Assembly: GCA_963779755.1 (NCBI GenBank)
Contig: CAVZZO010000003.1
Span: 480,001-544,000, forward strand
DNA length: 64,000 nucleotides
Source: an uncultured Gemmatimonadales bacterium
GTDB taxonomy: Bacteria > Gemmatimonadota > Gemmatimonadetes > Gemmatimonadales > GWC2-71-9
Direction of reading: 5' to 3'
Positions 19,707 to 30,253 of this stretch are shown piece by piece. Below the pieces are notes generated by a model that saw only the letters and a list, made by a program, of their open reading frames with translations, was not told the origin of the DNA and did not search any database. Each line of letters starts with the position of its first letter. Position 1 is the stretch's first letter. The position numbers were made by a program, and so were the translations under genes.

Positions 19707-22700
19707 ATGAAGCTCACCCGCCTCGAGCTGTCCGGCTTCAAGTCCTTCGCGGACACGGTCACCCTCAACTTCGACGAGGGGGTGACCGCCATCGTGGGGC
19801 CGAACGGCTGCGGAAAATCCAACGTCTCCGATGCGGTGCGCTGGGTGCTGGGCGAGCAGTCGGCCCGGCTCCTGCGCGGCGGCAAGATGGAAGACGTGAT
19901 CTTCCAGGGCGCCGCCACCCGCCGCCCGGTGAATGTCACCGAGGTTTCGCTCTACCTCGACAACAGCGACGGCGACCTGCCCATCGCCTATCGCGAGGTG
20001 GTCATCACCCGCCGGCTCTCCCGTTCCGGCCAGAGCGACTATCTGCTCAACAAGGCGCCCACCCGCCTGCGCGATATCCAGGACCTGATCCGCGGGACCG
20101 GGCTCGGCAGCGACGCCGGCGTGGTGATCGAAGCCAAGATGATCGATCTGCTCCTCTCCGACCGGGCGGAAGAGCGGCGCTCGCTCTTCGAGGAAGCGGC
20201 CGGTATCGGCCTCTACCGCGACCGGAAGCAGAGCACCGAGCGCCGCCTGGAAGAGACCGGACAGGACCTCCAGCGGGTGGAGGATCTCATCTCCGAGGTC
20301 CAGAGCCAGCTCCGCAGCCTGGCGCGCCAGCGGGGCCGGGCCGAGCGGCATGGCAAGCTCACCGAAGAGAAATTCGCCGTCCAGCTCACTCTTGCGCGCC
20401 GGCTGCTGGAGGAGCTGGAAGCACGGCTGGTCTCCATCCGCGCCCGGCGGGGCGAGCTGGATCACGAGCTGCCGCGGGCGCGGGAAACCCTGGCCGAGGC
20501 CGAGCAGCGCCGCGAACGCTGCGTCCGCGAGCGGGGCGGCTACGAAACCCGGCGGACCGAAATCACCCGCCGGCTGGGCGGCGTGCGCGTGGAGCTGGGC
20601 AAGCTGGACGGCGACCTCGCGCTGGCCGCTGAGCGCCTGACCAATGCCGCCTCCCGCCGGGTGCGGGCGGCCGAGGAGCGGGGACAGATGGAACAGCGCA
20701 GCCAGCTCGCCGCTCGCGAGCACGCGGCGGCGCTGGAGGAGCGCCAGGCGGCCATGGCGGAGCACGAGCGCATCCATGCCGAGCTGGAGGGCCGTTCCGC
20801 CGCCGAGGAGTTCGTGCGCCAGCGGTTGAGCGAGCAGCGCGCCGCGGTTCGCGCCCTGGAAGAAGAGCTGCAGCGGCATGTCCGGACCTTGCGCTCCCTG
20901 GAAGGCGAGCGCAGCGCCCTGGAAAGCGACCTCGCTTCCCTGCGCGAACGCTCCACCCAGCTCGAGGGGCGGCGCGAGTCCCTGGCCAATGCCCTGGAGG
21001 AAGGCGAACGCCGGCTGCAGGAAGCCGGGGAAAGCGCCGAACGGCAGGCCGGCGAGGTCAAGCGCGCCGCCGGCGATGCCGACCGCTGCCGCCACCTGGT
21101 GGGCGAGTACCGCCGCCAGGAAGCCCACGACCGCGCCACCGTCCGGGAAGTGGAAGAACTGGTGGCCCAGCTGACCGCCCGGCGCCAGGCGCTGGAAGAC
21201 CTGGAGCGCGACCGCGTCGGGCTGGCGCCGGGCGCCGCCGCCCTGCTCGCCGCCCGCGACCACTTCGGCGGCGCGGTGCTGGGCGTGCTGAGCGATTATC
21301 TCACCACCGAGCGTACCGATGCCGAGCTGGCCGAGCGCCTGCTGGGCGAATGGGTGCACGCCGTGCTGCTGCGCGACGAAGACGCCATCCCCGCCATCCA
21401 GGCCTGGCATGCGGAAGCGCAGCCCGGTGCCCTGGTCCTGCTGCCGGTCCGTCCCGGCCCCTCATTCACCCCCGAAGGCGACCCCCTGGCCGATCGTCTG
21501 CGGGCCGACGAGCCTGCCCGGGAGTGGGTCCGCGCCCTCCTCGGCGGATCGCGCGTGCTGGAGGCCGGCGGCCGCGCCCTGCGCCGCGCTAACGGGGCCA
21601 TTCTCCTGGCCGGCGCCGCCGCTCCCTCCGGGCCGCTGCGCCGCCGCGCCGAGTTGCAGTCGCTGAGCCAGGAGCTGGAACAGGGCCGGCAGCGGCAGGA
21701 CGCGGCCGAACATGCCCTGCGCGAAACCGCCGCCAGCCTGGAGTCGGCCGAGCACTCGCTGGTCCAGGCGACCGCGGCGCTGGAGGAGTCCCGGACCGCG
21801 GAGCGCCGGAGCCTGGCGGCGCGCGACGATGCCGCCCGGACGGCCGAGAACCTCCGCCGCGAGCACCAGGAGGCGGATAGCCAGCTGGCCGGCCTGGGGG
21901 AGCGGATCGAGCGCTCCGAAGTCCGCCTGGCCGAGATCGACACCGCCATGACCGAGGGAGAGCTGGGCCGGGTCCGCCTGGAGGAGAACCTGGGAGAATC
22001 CCGCGGCCAGCTGGCCGAGTTCGAGCGGGAACAGGAGAGCGCCCGCGAAAACCGGGTCCACTGGCAGGTGCAGGAGGCCCACGTCGCGGCGCGGGTGCAG
22101 GCCGCCGACGAGCGGCTGGAACGGGCTCGGGCAAGCGGGCACGAGGCAGAGACCCATGCCCGGGAGCTGGCCGGTGAGCTGGCCCGGCTGGAGGCCGACA
22201 GCGGTGATCTCGAGAGCCAGCAGGCCGTGTGGCAGGAGCAGCGGGCCGAGCTCCGGGTGGCCGTGCTCGAGCTGGAGGCCGCCGCCGGTGACGCCGAGCA
22301 GGAACTGGCCGCGGCGGAGGACGCGCTCCGCCGGGCGGAAGAAGATCTGACCACCGGCCGGCAGCGCCTGGAGGCCCTGAGCGAGGAGCGCCACCGGCTC
22401 GACCTCGAGCTCACCGAAGCCGACGCGCGCAACCGGTCAATCGTCGAGCGGGTGGAAACGGAATGGCGCCGGCCGATTGACGCGCTGCTGCAGGAAGCGC
22501 CGGTGCTCGATCTCGACCGCGAGACCCTCGAGTCGGAGGCCGCCCGGATCGTCGGCGCCCTGGAGGCGATCGGTCCCATCAACCCGCTCGCCGTGGAAGA
22601 GCACGCGGAAGAGAGCAAGCGGCTGGAGTTCCTGACCTCCCAGCGCGACGACCTGGTGGCCGGCCGGCAGTCGCTGCAGCAGGCCATTCGCGAGATCGAC

Positions 22701-23177
22701 GGCACCGCCCGGACCATGTTCCAGGACACCTTCGAGGCCATCAAGGGGCACTTCACTACCGTCTTCCAGACCCTCTTCGGCGGCGGCGAGTGCGACCTGC
22801 GGCTCACCACCCCGGACGACCCGCTCGAAAGCGAAATCGAGATTCATGCTGCCCCGCGCGGCAAGCGGACCCAGCGGATCCACCTGCTCTCCTCCGGCGA
22901 GCGCACCCTGGTAGCGGTGAGCCTGCTCTTCAGTATCTACCTTACCAAGCCCAGCCCCTTCTGCCTCATGGACGAGGTGGACGCCCCCCTGGACGACGCC
23001 AACGTCGGCCGCTTCACCCGGCTGCTGGACGAGTTCAAGGGCCAGACCCAGTTCATCGTCATCACCCACAATCCCCGGACCATGCAGGCCGCCGACGCGG
23101 TCTACGGGGTGACGATGCAGGAGCCGGGGGTCTCGACCATCGTGGGGGTGCGCCTGGGGGAAACGGCGGAGGTCTAG
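19707..23177 (+). CDS. smc: Chromosome segregation protein SMC
   Basis: GFKSF, Walker A GPNGCGKSN, long coiled coils, LSSGE signature, DEVDAPLD. Confidence 0.95.
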   Translation: MKLTRLELSGFKSFADTVTLNFDEGVTAIVGPNGCGKSNVSDAVRWVLGEQSARLLRGGKMEDVIFQGAATRRPVNVTEVSLYLDNSDGDLPIAYREVVITRRLSRSGQSDYLLNKAPTRLRDIQDLIRGTGLGSDAGVVIEAKMIDLLLSDRAEERRSLFEEAAGIGLYRDRKQSTERRLEETGQDLQRVEDLISEVQSQLRSLARQRGRAERHGKLTEEKFAVQLTLARRLLEELEARLVSIRARRGELDHELPRARETLAEAEQRRERCVRERGGYETRRTEITRRLGGVRVELGKLDGDLALAAERLTNAASRRVRAAEERGQMEQRSQLAAREHAAALEERQAAMAEHERIHAELEGRSAAEEFVRQRLSEQRAAVRALEEELQRHVRTLRSLEGERSALESDLASLRERSTQLEGRRESLANALEEGERRLQEAGESAERQAGEVKRAAGDADRCRHLVGEYRRQEAHDRATVREVEELVAQLTARRQALEDLERDRVGLAPGAAALLAARDHFGGAVLGVLSDYLTTERTDAELAERLLGEWVHAVLLRDEDAIPAIQAWHAEAQPGALVLLPVRPGPSFTPEGDPLADRLRADEPAREWVRALLGGSRVLEAGGRALRRANGAILLAGAAAPSGPLRRRAELQSLSQELEQGRQRQDAAEHALRETAASLESAEHSLVQATAALEESRTAERRSLAARDDAARTAENLRREHQEADSQLAGLGERIERSEVRLAEIDTAMTEGELGRVRLEENLGESRGQLAEFEREQESARENRVHWQVQEAHVAARVQAADERLERARASGHEAETHARELAGELARLEADSGDLESQQAVWQEQRAELRVAVLELEAAAGDAEQELAAAEDALRRAEEDLTTGRQRLEALSEERHRLDLELTEADARNRSIVERVETEWRRPIDALLQEAPVLDLDRETLESEAARIVGALEAIGPINPLAVEEHAEESKRLEFLTSQRDDLVAGRQSLQQAIREIDGTARTMFQDTFEAIKGHFTTVFQTLFGGGECDLRLTTPDDPLESEIEIHAAPRGKRTQRIHLLSSGERTLVAVSLLFSIYLTKPSPFCLMDEVDAPLDDANVGRFTRLLDEFKGQTQFIVITHNPRTMQAADAVYGVTMQEPGVSTIVGVRLGETAEV

Positions 23178-23183
23178 GGACGG

Positions 23184-23269
23184 AGGAATCAGGAATCAGG
23201 AATGAAGGGCTCCACCCCCCGGGTGGCGGGGAGGGGCCTCCATTCCCGATTCCTGGTTCCTGATTCCTT
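23184..23269. repeat. Inverted heptamer array (AGGAATC)n/(GATTCCT)n
   Basis: Directly after the smc stop. Confidence 0.8.
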
Positions 23270-23339
23270 GCTCTACCGCCCCACCCCTCCTCCCCCCTAT
23301 CCTTCCGGGGTCGAATTCCGCCTTTGGAGAACCCCGCGC

Positions 23340-24380
23340 ATGCTCGTGGTGATGCGGCAGGACGCCGGGCCGGAGGATATCCGCGCCGTGGTGCAGGCCA
23401 TAGAGGAGATGGGCTACCAGGCCCGGCCCATGCCGGGCCGGTCGCGTACGGCCGTGGGGGTGGTGGGCAACGAGGGCCGGGTGGACGAGTCACGCCTCAG
23501 CGCGCTGGCCGGCGTCCGGGAGTTGGTGCACATCACCAGGCCCTGGAAGCAGGTGTCCCGCGAGTGGAAGGCCGAACCCACCGTCGTGACCCTGCCGGGC
23601 GGGCTCACCATCGGAGGCGACGGCCTGGTCGTCATGGCCGGCCCCTGTTCGGTCGAGAGCGAAGCCCAGATCCTCGAGGCGGCCCATGCCGTGCGCGAGG
23701 CCGGCGCCACGATCCTGCGGGCCGGCGCCTACAAACCGCGCAGTTCCCCCTATGCCTTCCAGGGGCTGGGCCAGCCCGGCCTGGCCATGCTGGCGCGGGC
23801 CCGGGAGGAAACCGGGCTGCTCATCGTCACCGAGGCCATGGATCCGGCGGCGGTGGATCTGGTCGAGCCGGTCGCCGATATCATCCAGGTGGGCGCCCGC
23901 AACATGCAGAACTATTCCCTGCTCAAGCGGGTGGGCCGGAGCCGCAAGCCGGTGCTGCTGAAGCGCGGCGTTTCCGCCACCATTCAGGAGTTGCTGCTCT
24001 CGGCGGAGTACATCCTGGCCGAAGGCAATCCCGACGTCATCCTCTGCGAGCGCGGCATCCGCGGGTTCGATGCCATGCTGCGCAACTTCTTCGACCTGTC
24101 GGCCATCCCGTTGGTACACGCTCTGTCACACCTGCCCATCATCGCCGACCCCAGCCATGGCACCGGCCAGCGCGACATGGTCGTTCCCGTCGCGCGGGCG
24201 GCCGTGGCCGCCGGCGCCGACGGCCTGCTGGTTGAAGTGCATCCCCATCCCGAGCGCGCCCGTTCCGACGGAGCCCAGAGCCTCTATCCCGAGCAGTTCG
24301 AGCGGATGATGCGGGAGTGCCGCCAGATCGCCGACGCCATCGGGCGGCGAATCAGCGAGCCCGCGGAGGCGGGCGCGTGA
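23340..24380 (+). CDS. aroF: DAHP synthase type I-beta with N-terminal regulatory domain
   Basis: MAGPCSVE, GAYKPRSSPY, GARNMQN, CERGIR, DPSHGTG. Confidence 0.93.
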   Translation: MLVVMRQDAGPEDIRAVVQAIEEMGYQARPMPGRSRTAVGVVGNEGRVDESRLSALAGVRELVHITRPWKQVSREWKAEPTVVTLPGGLTIGGDGLVVMAGPCSVESEAQILEAAHAVREAGATILRAGAYKPRSSPYAFQGLGQPGLAMLARAREETGLLIVTEAMDPAAVDLVEPVADIIQVGARNMQNYSLLKRVGRSRKPVLLKRGVSATIQELLLSAEYILAEGNPDVILCERGIRGFDAMLRNFFDLSAIPLVHALSHLPIIADPSHGTGQRDMVVPVARAAVAAGADGLLVEVHPHPERARSDGAQSLYPEQFERMMRECRQIADAIGRRISEPAEAGA

Positions 24381-25045
24381 AGCGGTTCGCGGTCCTGCTG
24401 GCCATCCTGGTCCTGCTGCGCCCCGCCCCGGCCCGGGCCCAGCGCACCGACAGCCTGCTCGCCCGGGCCGCCCGAACCTACGCCGGGCTCCAGTCGTTCA
24501 GCGCCGATTTTCACCAGCTGATCACCGATCCCATGCTGGGCGACATGAAAAGCGCGGGGCACCTGGCTCAGCAGGGCCCGTCCCATTTCGCCATGCGCTT
24601 CACCGATCCGCCCCACGAGGCCATCGTTGTGGACGGAACGCACGCCTGGGTCTATACCCCCAGCACCACTCCGGGCCAGGTGCTGCGCTTCCCCGCCCCG
24701 GCGGGCGAGCAGTATGGTTTCAATCTGCTGGCCTGGCTGCTGGACCGGCCGCTGGAGCGCTACCAGGCGCACGGGGCCGGCAGCGCGATGCTCAACGGCC
24801 AGACCGCCGATGGTGTGCGGCTCATTCCCACCGACCCCGCCCTCCCCTTCGACAGCGCCACCGTCTGGCTCGGCCACCGCAGCGCGCTGCCGCAGAAGGT
24901 GGAAATCTACGGGCAGGGGCAGCGGGGTCTGTCGGGGACAGGCGTGCGCACGGTCACGCTGGACCAGATCCGCACCAATGAGCGCCTGCCGGCAAAGATG
25001 TTCCGGTTTACCGTCCCGGATGGAGTGCGGGTGGTGGATCAGTAG
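24377..25045 (+). CDS. lolA: Outer-membrane lipoprotein carrier LolA-like
   Basis: Signal peptide; FSADFHQ, IVVDGTHAWVY, FRFTVPDGVRVVD. Confidence 0.8.
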   Translation: MKRFAVLLAILVLLRPAPARAQRTDSLLARAARTYAGLQSFSADFHQLITDPMLGDMKSAGHLAQQGPSHFAMRFTDPPHEAIVVDGTHAWVYTPSTTPGQVLRFPAPAGEQYGFNLLAWLLDRPLERYQAHGAGSAMLNGQTADGVRLIPTDPALPFDSATVWLGHRSALPQKVEIYGQGQRGLSGTGVRTVTLDQIRTNERLPAKMFRFTVPDGVRVVDQ

Positions 25046-25110
25046 GTAAGGGGTGAGACGTAAGGCGGGCGGCGTGGGAACACCTCACCCCTGGCCTCTT
25101 ACGCCTTACC
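25043..25110. repeat. Inverted heptamer array between convergent stops
   Basis: GGTAAG/GGGTGAG/ACGTAAG versus CTCACCC/CTTACGC/CTTACCC. Confidence 0.7.
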
Positions 25111-25950
25111 CCTGAGGATCTCCTCCACCTGCTGCGCCCGGCGCTCGTCCAGCCCCGCCTCCCGGGCCAGCCGCAGGGTGGCCAGCCCCACGGCCCGGTA
25201 GAGCTGCCGGTCGCTTTCGCTCAGCGCCAGCAGATGAACCCGGAGCGGGGTGAGATCGCCCCGCCGGATGGGCCCGGTAAGGGCGGCCGCCGGACCCTGC
25301 GCCAGCACGTTGGCCAGCGCGCCCTCCGCCAGCGGCAGGTACATCTGCTCCGCGGTGGCGCGGTCGATTCCCGCTTCTTCGGCCAGACGCTGGGCCACCC
25401 CCAGTAAGCCCACCAGGTAGTTGGCCGCGATCACCGCGGCGGCATGATACTTTCCCTTCGCTTCACCCGGAATCACGATGGGGCGCATGGCCAGCAGGTT
25501 GCACAGCCGCCGGCCGGCATCGAGCGCGCGTTCGTCGCCTTCGAGGCCGGCCCAGGCGCCATGCAGCCGCTGAGCGGCCCGGGTCGGATCTGAGATGGTC
25601 TGCAGCGGGTGGAACGAGCCCAGCGCAGCGCCCGAAGGCTCCAGCGCCAGCAGGGCGGTGCGATCGAGGGGACCGGAGACGTGCAGCACGGCCTGGGCGG
25701 GGCCCACCGCGTCCAGCTGCGCGATCTGTTCCGCCACCCCCTCCACCATTTCGTCGCGCACACAGATGATCACCACGTCGGCCGCGCGGATGGCCGGCGC
25801 CCAGCCGTCGTCCAGCAGCGAGAACGGCGGCTGCACCGCCTCCTGCCGCCGTCCCAGCAGGGTGATGTGCTGGCCCCGGAGCGCCAGCGCACCCCCCAGG
25901 CCCCGCCCCATCCGGCCCTGGCCGATGATGGCCACTCGCATCGGCTTCAC
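25099..25950 (-). CDS. Rossmann-like + DUF2520 oxidoreductase (PanG-like)
   Basis: IIGQGRMG, HVSG, FHPLQT, YHAAAVIAAN, LTGPIRRGD. Confidence 0.85.
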   Translation of the reverse strand: MKPMRVAIIGQGRMGRGLGGALALRGQHITLLGRRQEAVQPPFSLLDDGWAPAIRAADVVIICVRDEMVEGVAEQIAQLDAVGPAQAVLHVSGPLDRTALLALEPSGAALGSFHPLQTISDPTRAAQRLHGAWAGLEGDERALDAGRRLCNLLAMRPIVIPGEAKGKYHAAAVIAANYLVGLLGVAQRLAEEAGIDRATAEQMYLPLAEGALANVLAQGPAAALTGPIRRGDLTPLRVHLLALSESDRQLYRAVGLATLRLAREAGLDERRAQQVEEILRGKA

Positions 25951-26771
25951 AGGCCCAGTGCCCGCCAGAGGAGACGGCCACCCATGAGGGCGAGGACCAG
26001 GGCGAAGATCCAGTAGAGCGTGGCCGTCCGGGAGGCGCGGTTGAGATAGACGCCCAGCGGGATGGTGGCGAGGGCGCCCAGCATGAGCGGCAGCCCCAGG
26101 CGCAGGTCGACATAGCCGATCATGAGATGCGACATGGCGGGCGCCCCCGAACCGGTGGCGTACCCGAGGCAGCCGGCGGCCGTGGCCAGGGCCACCGCGG
26201 CCAGCGAGCTGGGCGCGACGTTACGCACCGGCAGACTGGTGGCATACAGGAAGGTGGGGATCGCAATGAGCCCGCCTCCGATCCCCAGCAGTCCCGATAC
26301 GACGCCGCCGCCGGCCCCGATGACGCCCAGCAGCAGCGGATGCCCGTGCGGGTGCCGCCCGCTGCCCCGTTCCCGGTCGCCGTGGAAGTACGCGCGCCGC
26401 ACCATATCCGCCGCCGAAAACAGGAGAAACGCGCCGAACGCGCCGCGCAGCCAGACCAGATCGTGCAGGGTGGTCACCAGCCGCGCGGTCAGAAAGGCCG
26501 AAATGATGGCGGGAATGCCGTATCCCAGCGACGAGCGCCAGGCCACCGCCCCCGCCCGGCTGTAGCGCCAGGTCCCCCGCAGGGACGACACCAGCGCCAC
26601 GCTGAGGCTGGTGGCGTGGGCCACCGCGGTCTGGGCCGTCAGCGACGCCGACGAATGGCTGTAGATGTAGTAGAGGATCGGGACCATGATGATCCCGCCT
26701 CCGATGCCTACCAGGGGGGCAATGACCCCCACCAGCAGGCCGGTCGCGAAGGCCGCAAGGAGTTCAGCGAT
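25947..26771 (-). CDS. TauE/SafE sulfite-exporter family (start uncertain: ATC 26771 or GTG 26732)
   Basis: Duplicated GIGGG motifs, ATSL, multiple TM helices. Confidence 0.85.
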   Translation of the reverse strand: MAELLAAFATGLLVGVIAPLVGIGGGIIMVPILYYIYSHSSASLTAQTAVAHATSLSVALVSSLRGTWRYSRAGAVAWRSSLGYGIPAIISAFLTARLVTTLHDLVWLRGAFGAFLLFSAADMVRRAYFHGDRERGSGRHPHGHPLLLGVIGAGGGVVSGLLGIGGGLIAIPTFLYATSLPVRNVAPSSLAAVALATAAGCLGYATGSGAPAMSHLMIGYVDLRLGLPLMLGALATIPLGVYLNRASRTATLYWIFALVLALMGGRLLWRALGL

Positions 26772-28386
26772 TGGCGGGCTCCACCTTGCGGCCGCCCTCC
26801 TTCGTCGCCAGCTCCATCAGGGCCCGGGGGCTGGGCGCCCGCCGGAGCAGATCCATGGCCGTCTGCAGCTGGTTGTCGTCCTTCGCGCGCCGCCGCAGCT
26901 CGGCGTCGCGACCGAACACATAGCGGGCAATCTCGAAGGCGAGGTTCTCGTCCAGCATGCGGGCGGCATTGTCGGCCACGGCGTTGCTCACATTCACCCC
27001 GTTCGCCCGCATCCGCCGTGTCAGTTCATGACGCATGGCCGGCGTGACGGTGAAGTCCTCGGAACTGATGCTGTGCTGTTCCTTCAGTTCCAGCGCATAC
27101 GCGGTGATGGCGTCCCGGTACTCCTGGACCTTGCTGCCCACCGCCGCGATGAAGGCCCGCTCCGCCGCCGTGGTGGTGTCCCGCCGCACCAGCAGGTCGG
27201 GCACGATGCCGCCGCCGCCCCGCACCACCCGGCCCGCGTCGGTATGATAGATCGGCGCGGAATCGGGAATCTCGGCCGCCGGCGTGGTGTCGGCCTCGGC
27301 CATCCGCAGCTGGTCTTCTTCGTCCTTTGCCGTCCGCTGGATGGTCCGGCCGCTGGGCGTGTACCAGCGCGCCGTGGTGAGCTTGAGCGCGACACTGTCG
27401 CCCAGGCTGTAGAGCGTCTGGACCAGGCCCTTGCCGAAGGTGGGCGTGCCCACCACCACGGCGCGGTCGTGGTCCTGCAGCGCGCCGGCGATGATTTCCG
27501 CCGCGCTCGCCGTCCCCTCGTTCACCAGCGTCACGATCGGCAGCTTGGGCCAGAGCTCGGGGGAGTGGTCCACGTACTCATGGTTGCTGCCCCGGGCGCG
27601 GCCCCGGGCGGAGACGATCTCGTCGTTGGGATCGAGGAACATGTCGGAGATGCTCACCGCCTGGTCCAGCAGGCCGCCGGGATTACCCCGGAGATCGAAG
27701 ATCATCCCCTTCATCCCCTGGGCCAGCATCGACTTGATCTCCGCGCGCAACTCGTCGGCGGAGGTCTCGGCCACCGGGCTCATCGAGATGTAGCCGATGC
27801 CGTTGGAGAACATGATACCGGGCTGCACCGAGCGTACGTGGATCTGCCCCCGCGCCAGCTTGATCTTGAACGGCTCCGCCATGTCGGCCCGCTCGATGGT
27901 CAGCGTCACGCTGGTGCCGGGCGCCCCGCGCAGCGTGTTCACCGCCTGCTCGTTGGTCCAATCCTTGGTGGATTTGCCGTCCACCTCGATGATCCGGTCG
28001 CCGGTCTGAATGCCGGCCCGCTCGGCGGGCGTGTCCGGCAGCGGCGCGATGATCGTGATGTAGTTATCGCGCACGTCGATCTGGATGCCCAGGCCGCCGT
28101 AGTTTCCGGTCGTCGTTTCGGTGAGGGCCTGGTAGGCTTTGTCTTCCAGCAGCACGCTGTAAGGATCGTGCAACTCGTAAAGCAGGCCGCTGGTGGCGTT
28201 GTGGTAGAGCTGGCCTTCGCCCAGAGAGTCGACATAGTACTGCTGCACATGCGCCAGGACATCCTCGAACAGCCGGGCCTGCTGGTACATGTTGCCGTTC
28301 GACGCCGCGACCCGCTGCAGCAGCCAGCCGCCCGTGAAGAACGAGATCACCGCCACCAGTCCGATTACGCCCCAACGTTGCCGCAT
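26764..28386 (-). CDS. ctpA: S41 carboxyl-terminal processing protease
   Basis: DPYS, PDZ (GGLGI), DLRGNPGG, TASAAEI, TFGKGLVQ. Confidence 0.92.
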   Translation of the reverse strand: MRQRWGVIGLVAVISFFTGGWLLQRVAASNGNMYQQARLFEDVLAHVQQYYVDSLGEGQLYHNATSGLLYELHDPYSVLLEDKAYQALTETTTGNYGGLGIQIDVRDNYITIIAPLPDTPAERAGIQTGDRIIEVDGKSTKDWTNEQAVNTLRGAPGTSVTLTIERADMAEPFKIKLARGQIHVRSVQPGIMFSNGIGYISMSPVAETSADELRAEIKSMLAQGMKGMIFDLRGNPGGLLDQAVSISDMFLDPNDEIVSARGRARGSNHEYVDHSPELWPKLPIVTLVNEGTASAAEIIAGALQDHDRAVVVGTPTFGKGLVQTLYSLGDSVALKLTTARWYTPSGRTIQRTAKDEEDQLRMAEADTTPAAEIPDSAPIYHTDAGRVVRGGGGIVPDLLVRRDTTTAAERAFIAAVGSKVQEYRDAITAYALELKEQHSISSEDFTVTPAMRHELTRRMRANGVNVSNAVADNAARMLDENLAFEIARYVFGRDAELRRRAKDDNQLQTAMDLLRRAPSPRALMELATKEGGRKVEPANR

Positions 28387-28407
28387 GCCGTCCTCCGTGC
28401 TCCGTCC

Positions 28408-29046
28408 CTAGCGGACGCCCGGCGCCGACAATTCGGGCCAGGTCTCCGCAATGATTTCCCATGCCGCATCCACCACCAGTTCCGGCGGCTGGTTCGCGTT
28501 CAGGTGCCGGATTCCCGGCCCGCTGGCGGCCCGGTAACAGGCGGCCACCCGTTCCTGAAACCCGGGATCCTCCCGGTCCAGCCGGTCCTGCGACTTGCCG
28601 GCCTGTTGCTGCCGGCTCCGCCCCACCCCCGGCGGCAGATCCAGCACCAGCGTCAGGCCCGGTGCCAGCCCGCCGGTGGCCAGCCGGTTCAGCCACTCGA
28701 CCCGCTCCATATCCAGCCCCCGCCCCGCCGCCTGGTAGGCCCGGGTGCTGAGGTCGTACCGGTCGGAGAGGACCAGGCGCCCCGCTTCCAGGGCCGGCCG
28801 GATCACATGATGCACCAGGTCGGCCCGGGCGGCGGTGATATAGAGCAATTCCTGGCCGGCATCAAAGGGGCGCCCCGCATGGAGCAGCTCGTGCCGCAAC
28901 GCTTCGGCCAGCCGGGTGCCACCGGGCTCCCGGACCACCACCGGCTCCCGGCCGGCGTCCCGCAGGCGGCGCTCCAGCGCGGCCACCAGGGTGGACTTGC
29001 CCGCGCCGTCCACCCCCTCCACCACCAGAAAGCGGCCGGGCGGCAT
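28408..29046 (-). CDS. tmk: Thymidylate kinase
   Basis: EGVDGAGKST, REPGGT, LSDRY, AYQ. Confidence 0.95.
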   Translation of the reverse strand: MPPGRFLVVEGVDGAGKSTLVAALERRLRDAGREPVVVREPGGTRLAEALRHELLHAGRPFDAGQELLYITAARADLVHHVIRPALEAGRLVLSDRYDLSTRAYQAAGRGLDMERVEWLNRLATGGLAPGLTLVLDLPPGVGRSRQQQAGKSQDRLDREDPGFQERVAACYRAASGPGIRHLNANQPPELVVDAAWEIIAETWPELSAPGVR

Positions 29047-29405
29047 TACCCGAGCGTAATGATGTTGCTCGTCGCGCCCTTCTCGATGCCCTCACTGATC
29101 TGCTGGTTCACCTTGAGCATCACCTTCTCAAAGTTGGACCGCGCCACCACGTACGCCTGGCCCACCGGACTGGTTTCCAGATCGCGCACCGCCTGCTCGT
29201 AGGACTGGGCGGTACCCTCGTCCGGCTCCTGACCGCTGGTCAGCGCGGTTTCCATCTGGCGCGCCAGCTTCTGGATGCTCTCCAGCCGGTCACGGCTCTC
29301 CTGGTCGTCCCGGAGGCTGCTTTCCGCGCGCCGCAGCGCCTTCGCCTCCGGCGTCTGGCCGATGAGCCGTCCCAGTTCCTGCGCCTTCTCCCAGATTGCG
29401 CTCAC
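29046..29405 (-). CDS. YlbF/Com-family regulator
   Basis: IWEKAQELGRLIGQTPE helical pattern. Confidence 0.65.
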   Translation of the reverse strand: MSAIWEKAQELGRLIGQTPEAKALRRAESSLRDDQESRDRLESIQKLARQMETALTSGQEPDEGTAQSYEQAVRDLETSPVGQAYVVARSNFEKVMLKVNQQISEGIEKGATSNIITLG

Positions 29406-30253
29406 TCGCTCCTCCGTGCCAGCAGGTACCGCGGCCGGCCGTACAGGTCATGGAAAATTTGCGGACCGGCCCAGCCGGCCTCTGCCGCCGCCCGTGCCGA
29501 GGCCTCGGCCCGGCGGCTGTCCACCTCCAGGGCGATCCATCCGCCCGCCCGCACCGTCCGGACCGCCTGCCTCAGGAGCCGCGCCGTGGCCTCCAGCCCG
29601 GTGGGGCCGCAGACGAGCGCCGCCGCCGGCTCCCACTCGCGCACCCCCGCCTCGAGCCCGGCGTACTCCGCCTCCGTAAGATAGGGAGGGTTGGCGATGA
29701 CTGCGTCCAGCGATCCCTCCGCCACCCCGCTCAGGAGATCGGTCCGCAGCAGCCGGGGCCGGAGTTCCAGCCGGGCCGCGTTCTCCGCCGCCAGCCGCAA
29801 CGCGGCCGCCGAGCGGTCGGTGGCGATCACCTCGTCCGCCAGGCCTTCCTGCAGCAGGCTGAGCGCCAGGCACCCGCTCCCCGTGCCTGCGTCGGCCATC
29901 CGGCCGCCGCTGGTCCGGTCCCGCAGCAGGTCCACCAGCCCTTCGGTTTCGGGCCGGGGGATGAGGCCGCGCTCGTCCACCCGCAGCAGCAGATGACGAA
30001 ACCCGGCCACCCCCGAGGCGTAGGCCAGCGGCGCCCCCGCCGCCCGCCGCGACACCGCCCGCTCCAGCGCCGCCGCCAGATCGGGCTTCACAGCCAGTTC
30101 CTCATCCAGCCAGGCCCGGCCCACCGGCCGGCCGCTCACCCCGCTCCACAGCAACCCGGCGTCGCGCCGCGCCTCCGGCAGGCCCGCCGCCGTCAAACGG
30201 GCGGCCGCCTGCCGCAGCAGCGGGCCCAGCCGCGCCGGCGCGATCTTAATCAC
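29402..30253 (-). CDS. prmC: Release factor glutamine methyltransferase
   Basis: LIPRPETE, DAGTGSG, NPPY; follows prfA. Confidence 0.95.
   Translation of the reverse strand: MIKIAPARLGPLLRQAAARLTAAGLPEARRDAGLLWSGVSGRPVGRAWLDEELAVKPDLAAALERAVSRRAAGAPLAYASGVAGFRHLLLRVDERGLIPRPETEGLVDLLRDRTSGGRMADAGTGSGCLALSLLQEGLADEVIATDRSAAALRLAAENAARLELRPRLLRTDLLSGVAEGSLDAVIANPPYLTEAEYAGLEAGVREWEPAAALVCGPTGLEATARLLRQAVRTVRAGGWIALEVDSRRAEASARAAAEAGWAGPQIFHDLYGRPRYLLARRSE

Noticed and set aside
22885..22905. SMC signature LSSGE as a sign of inactivity
   Set aside because: Single tolerated substitution; Walker A/B and D-loop are intact
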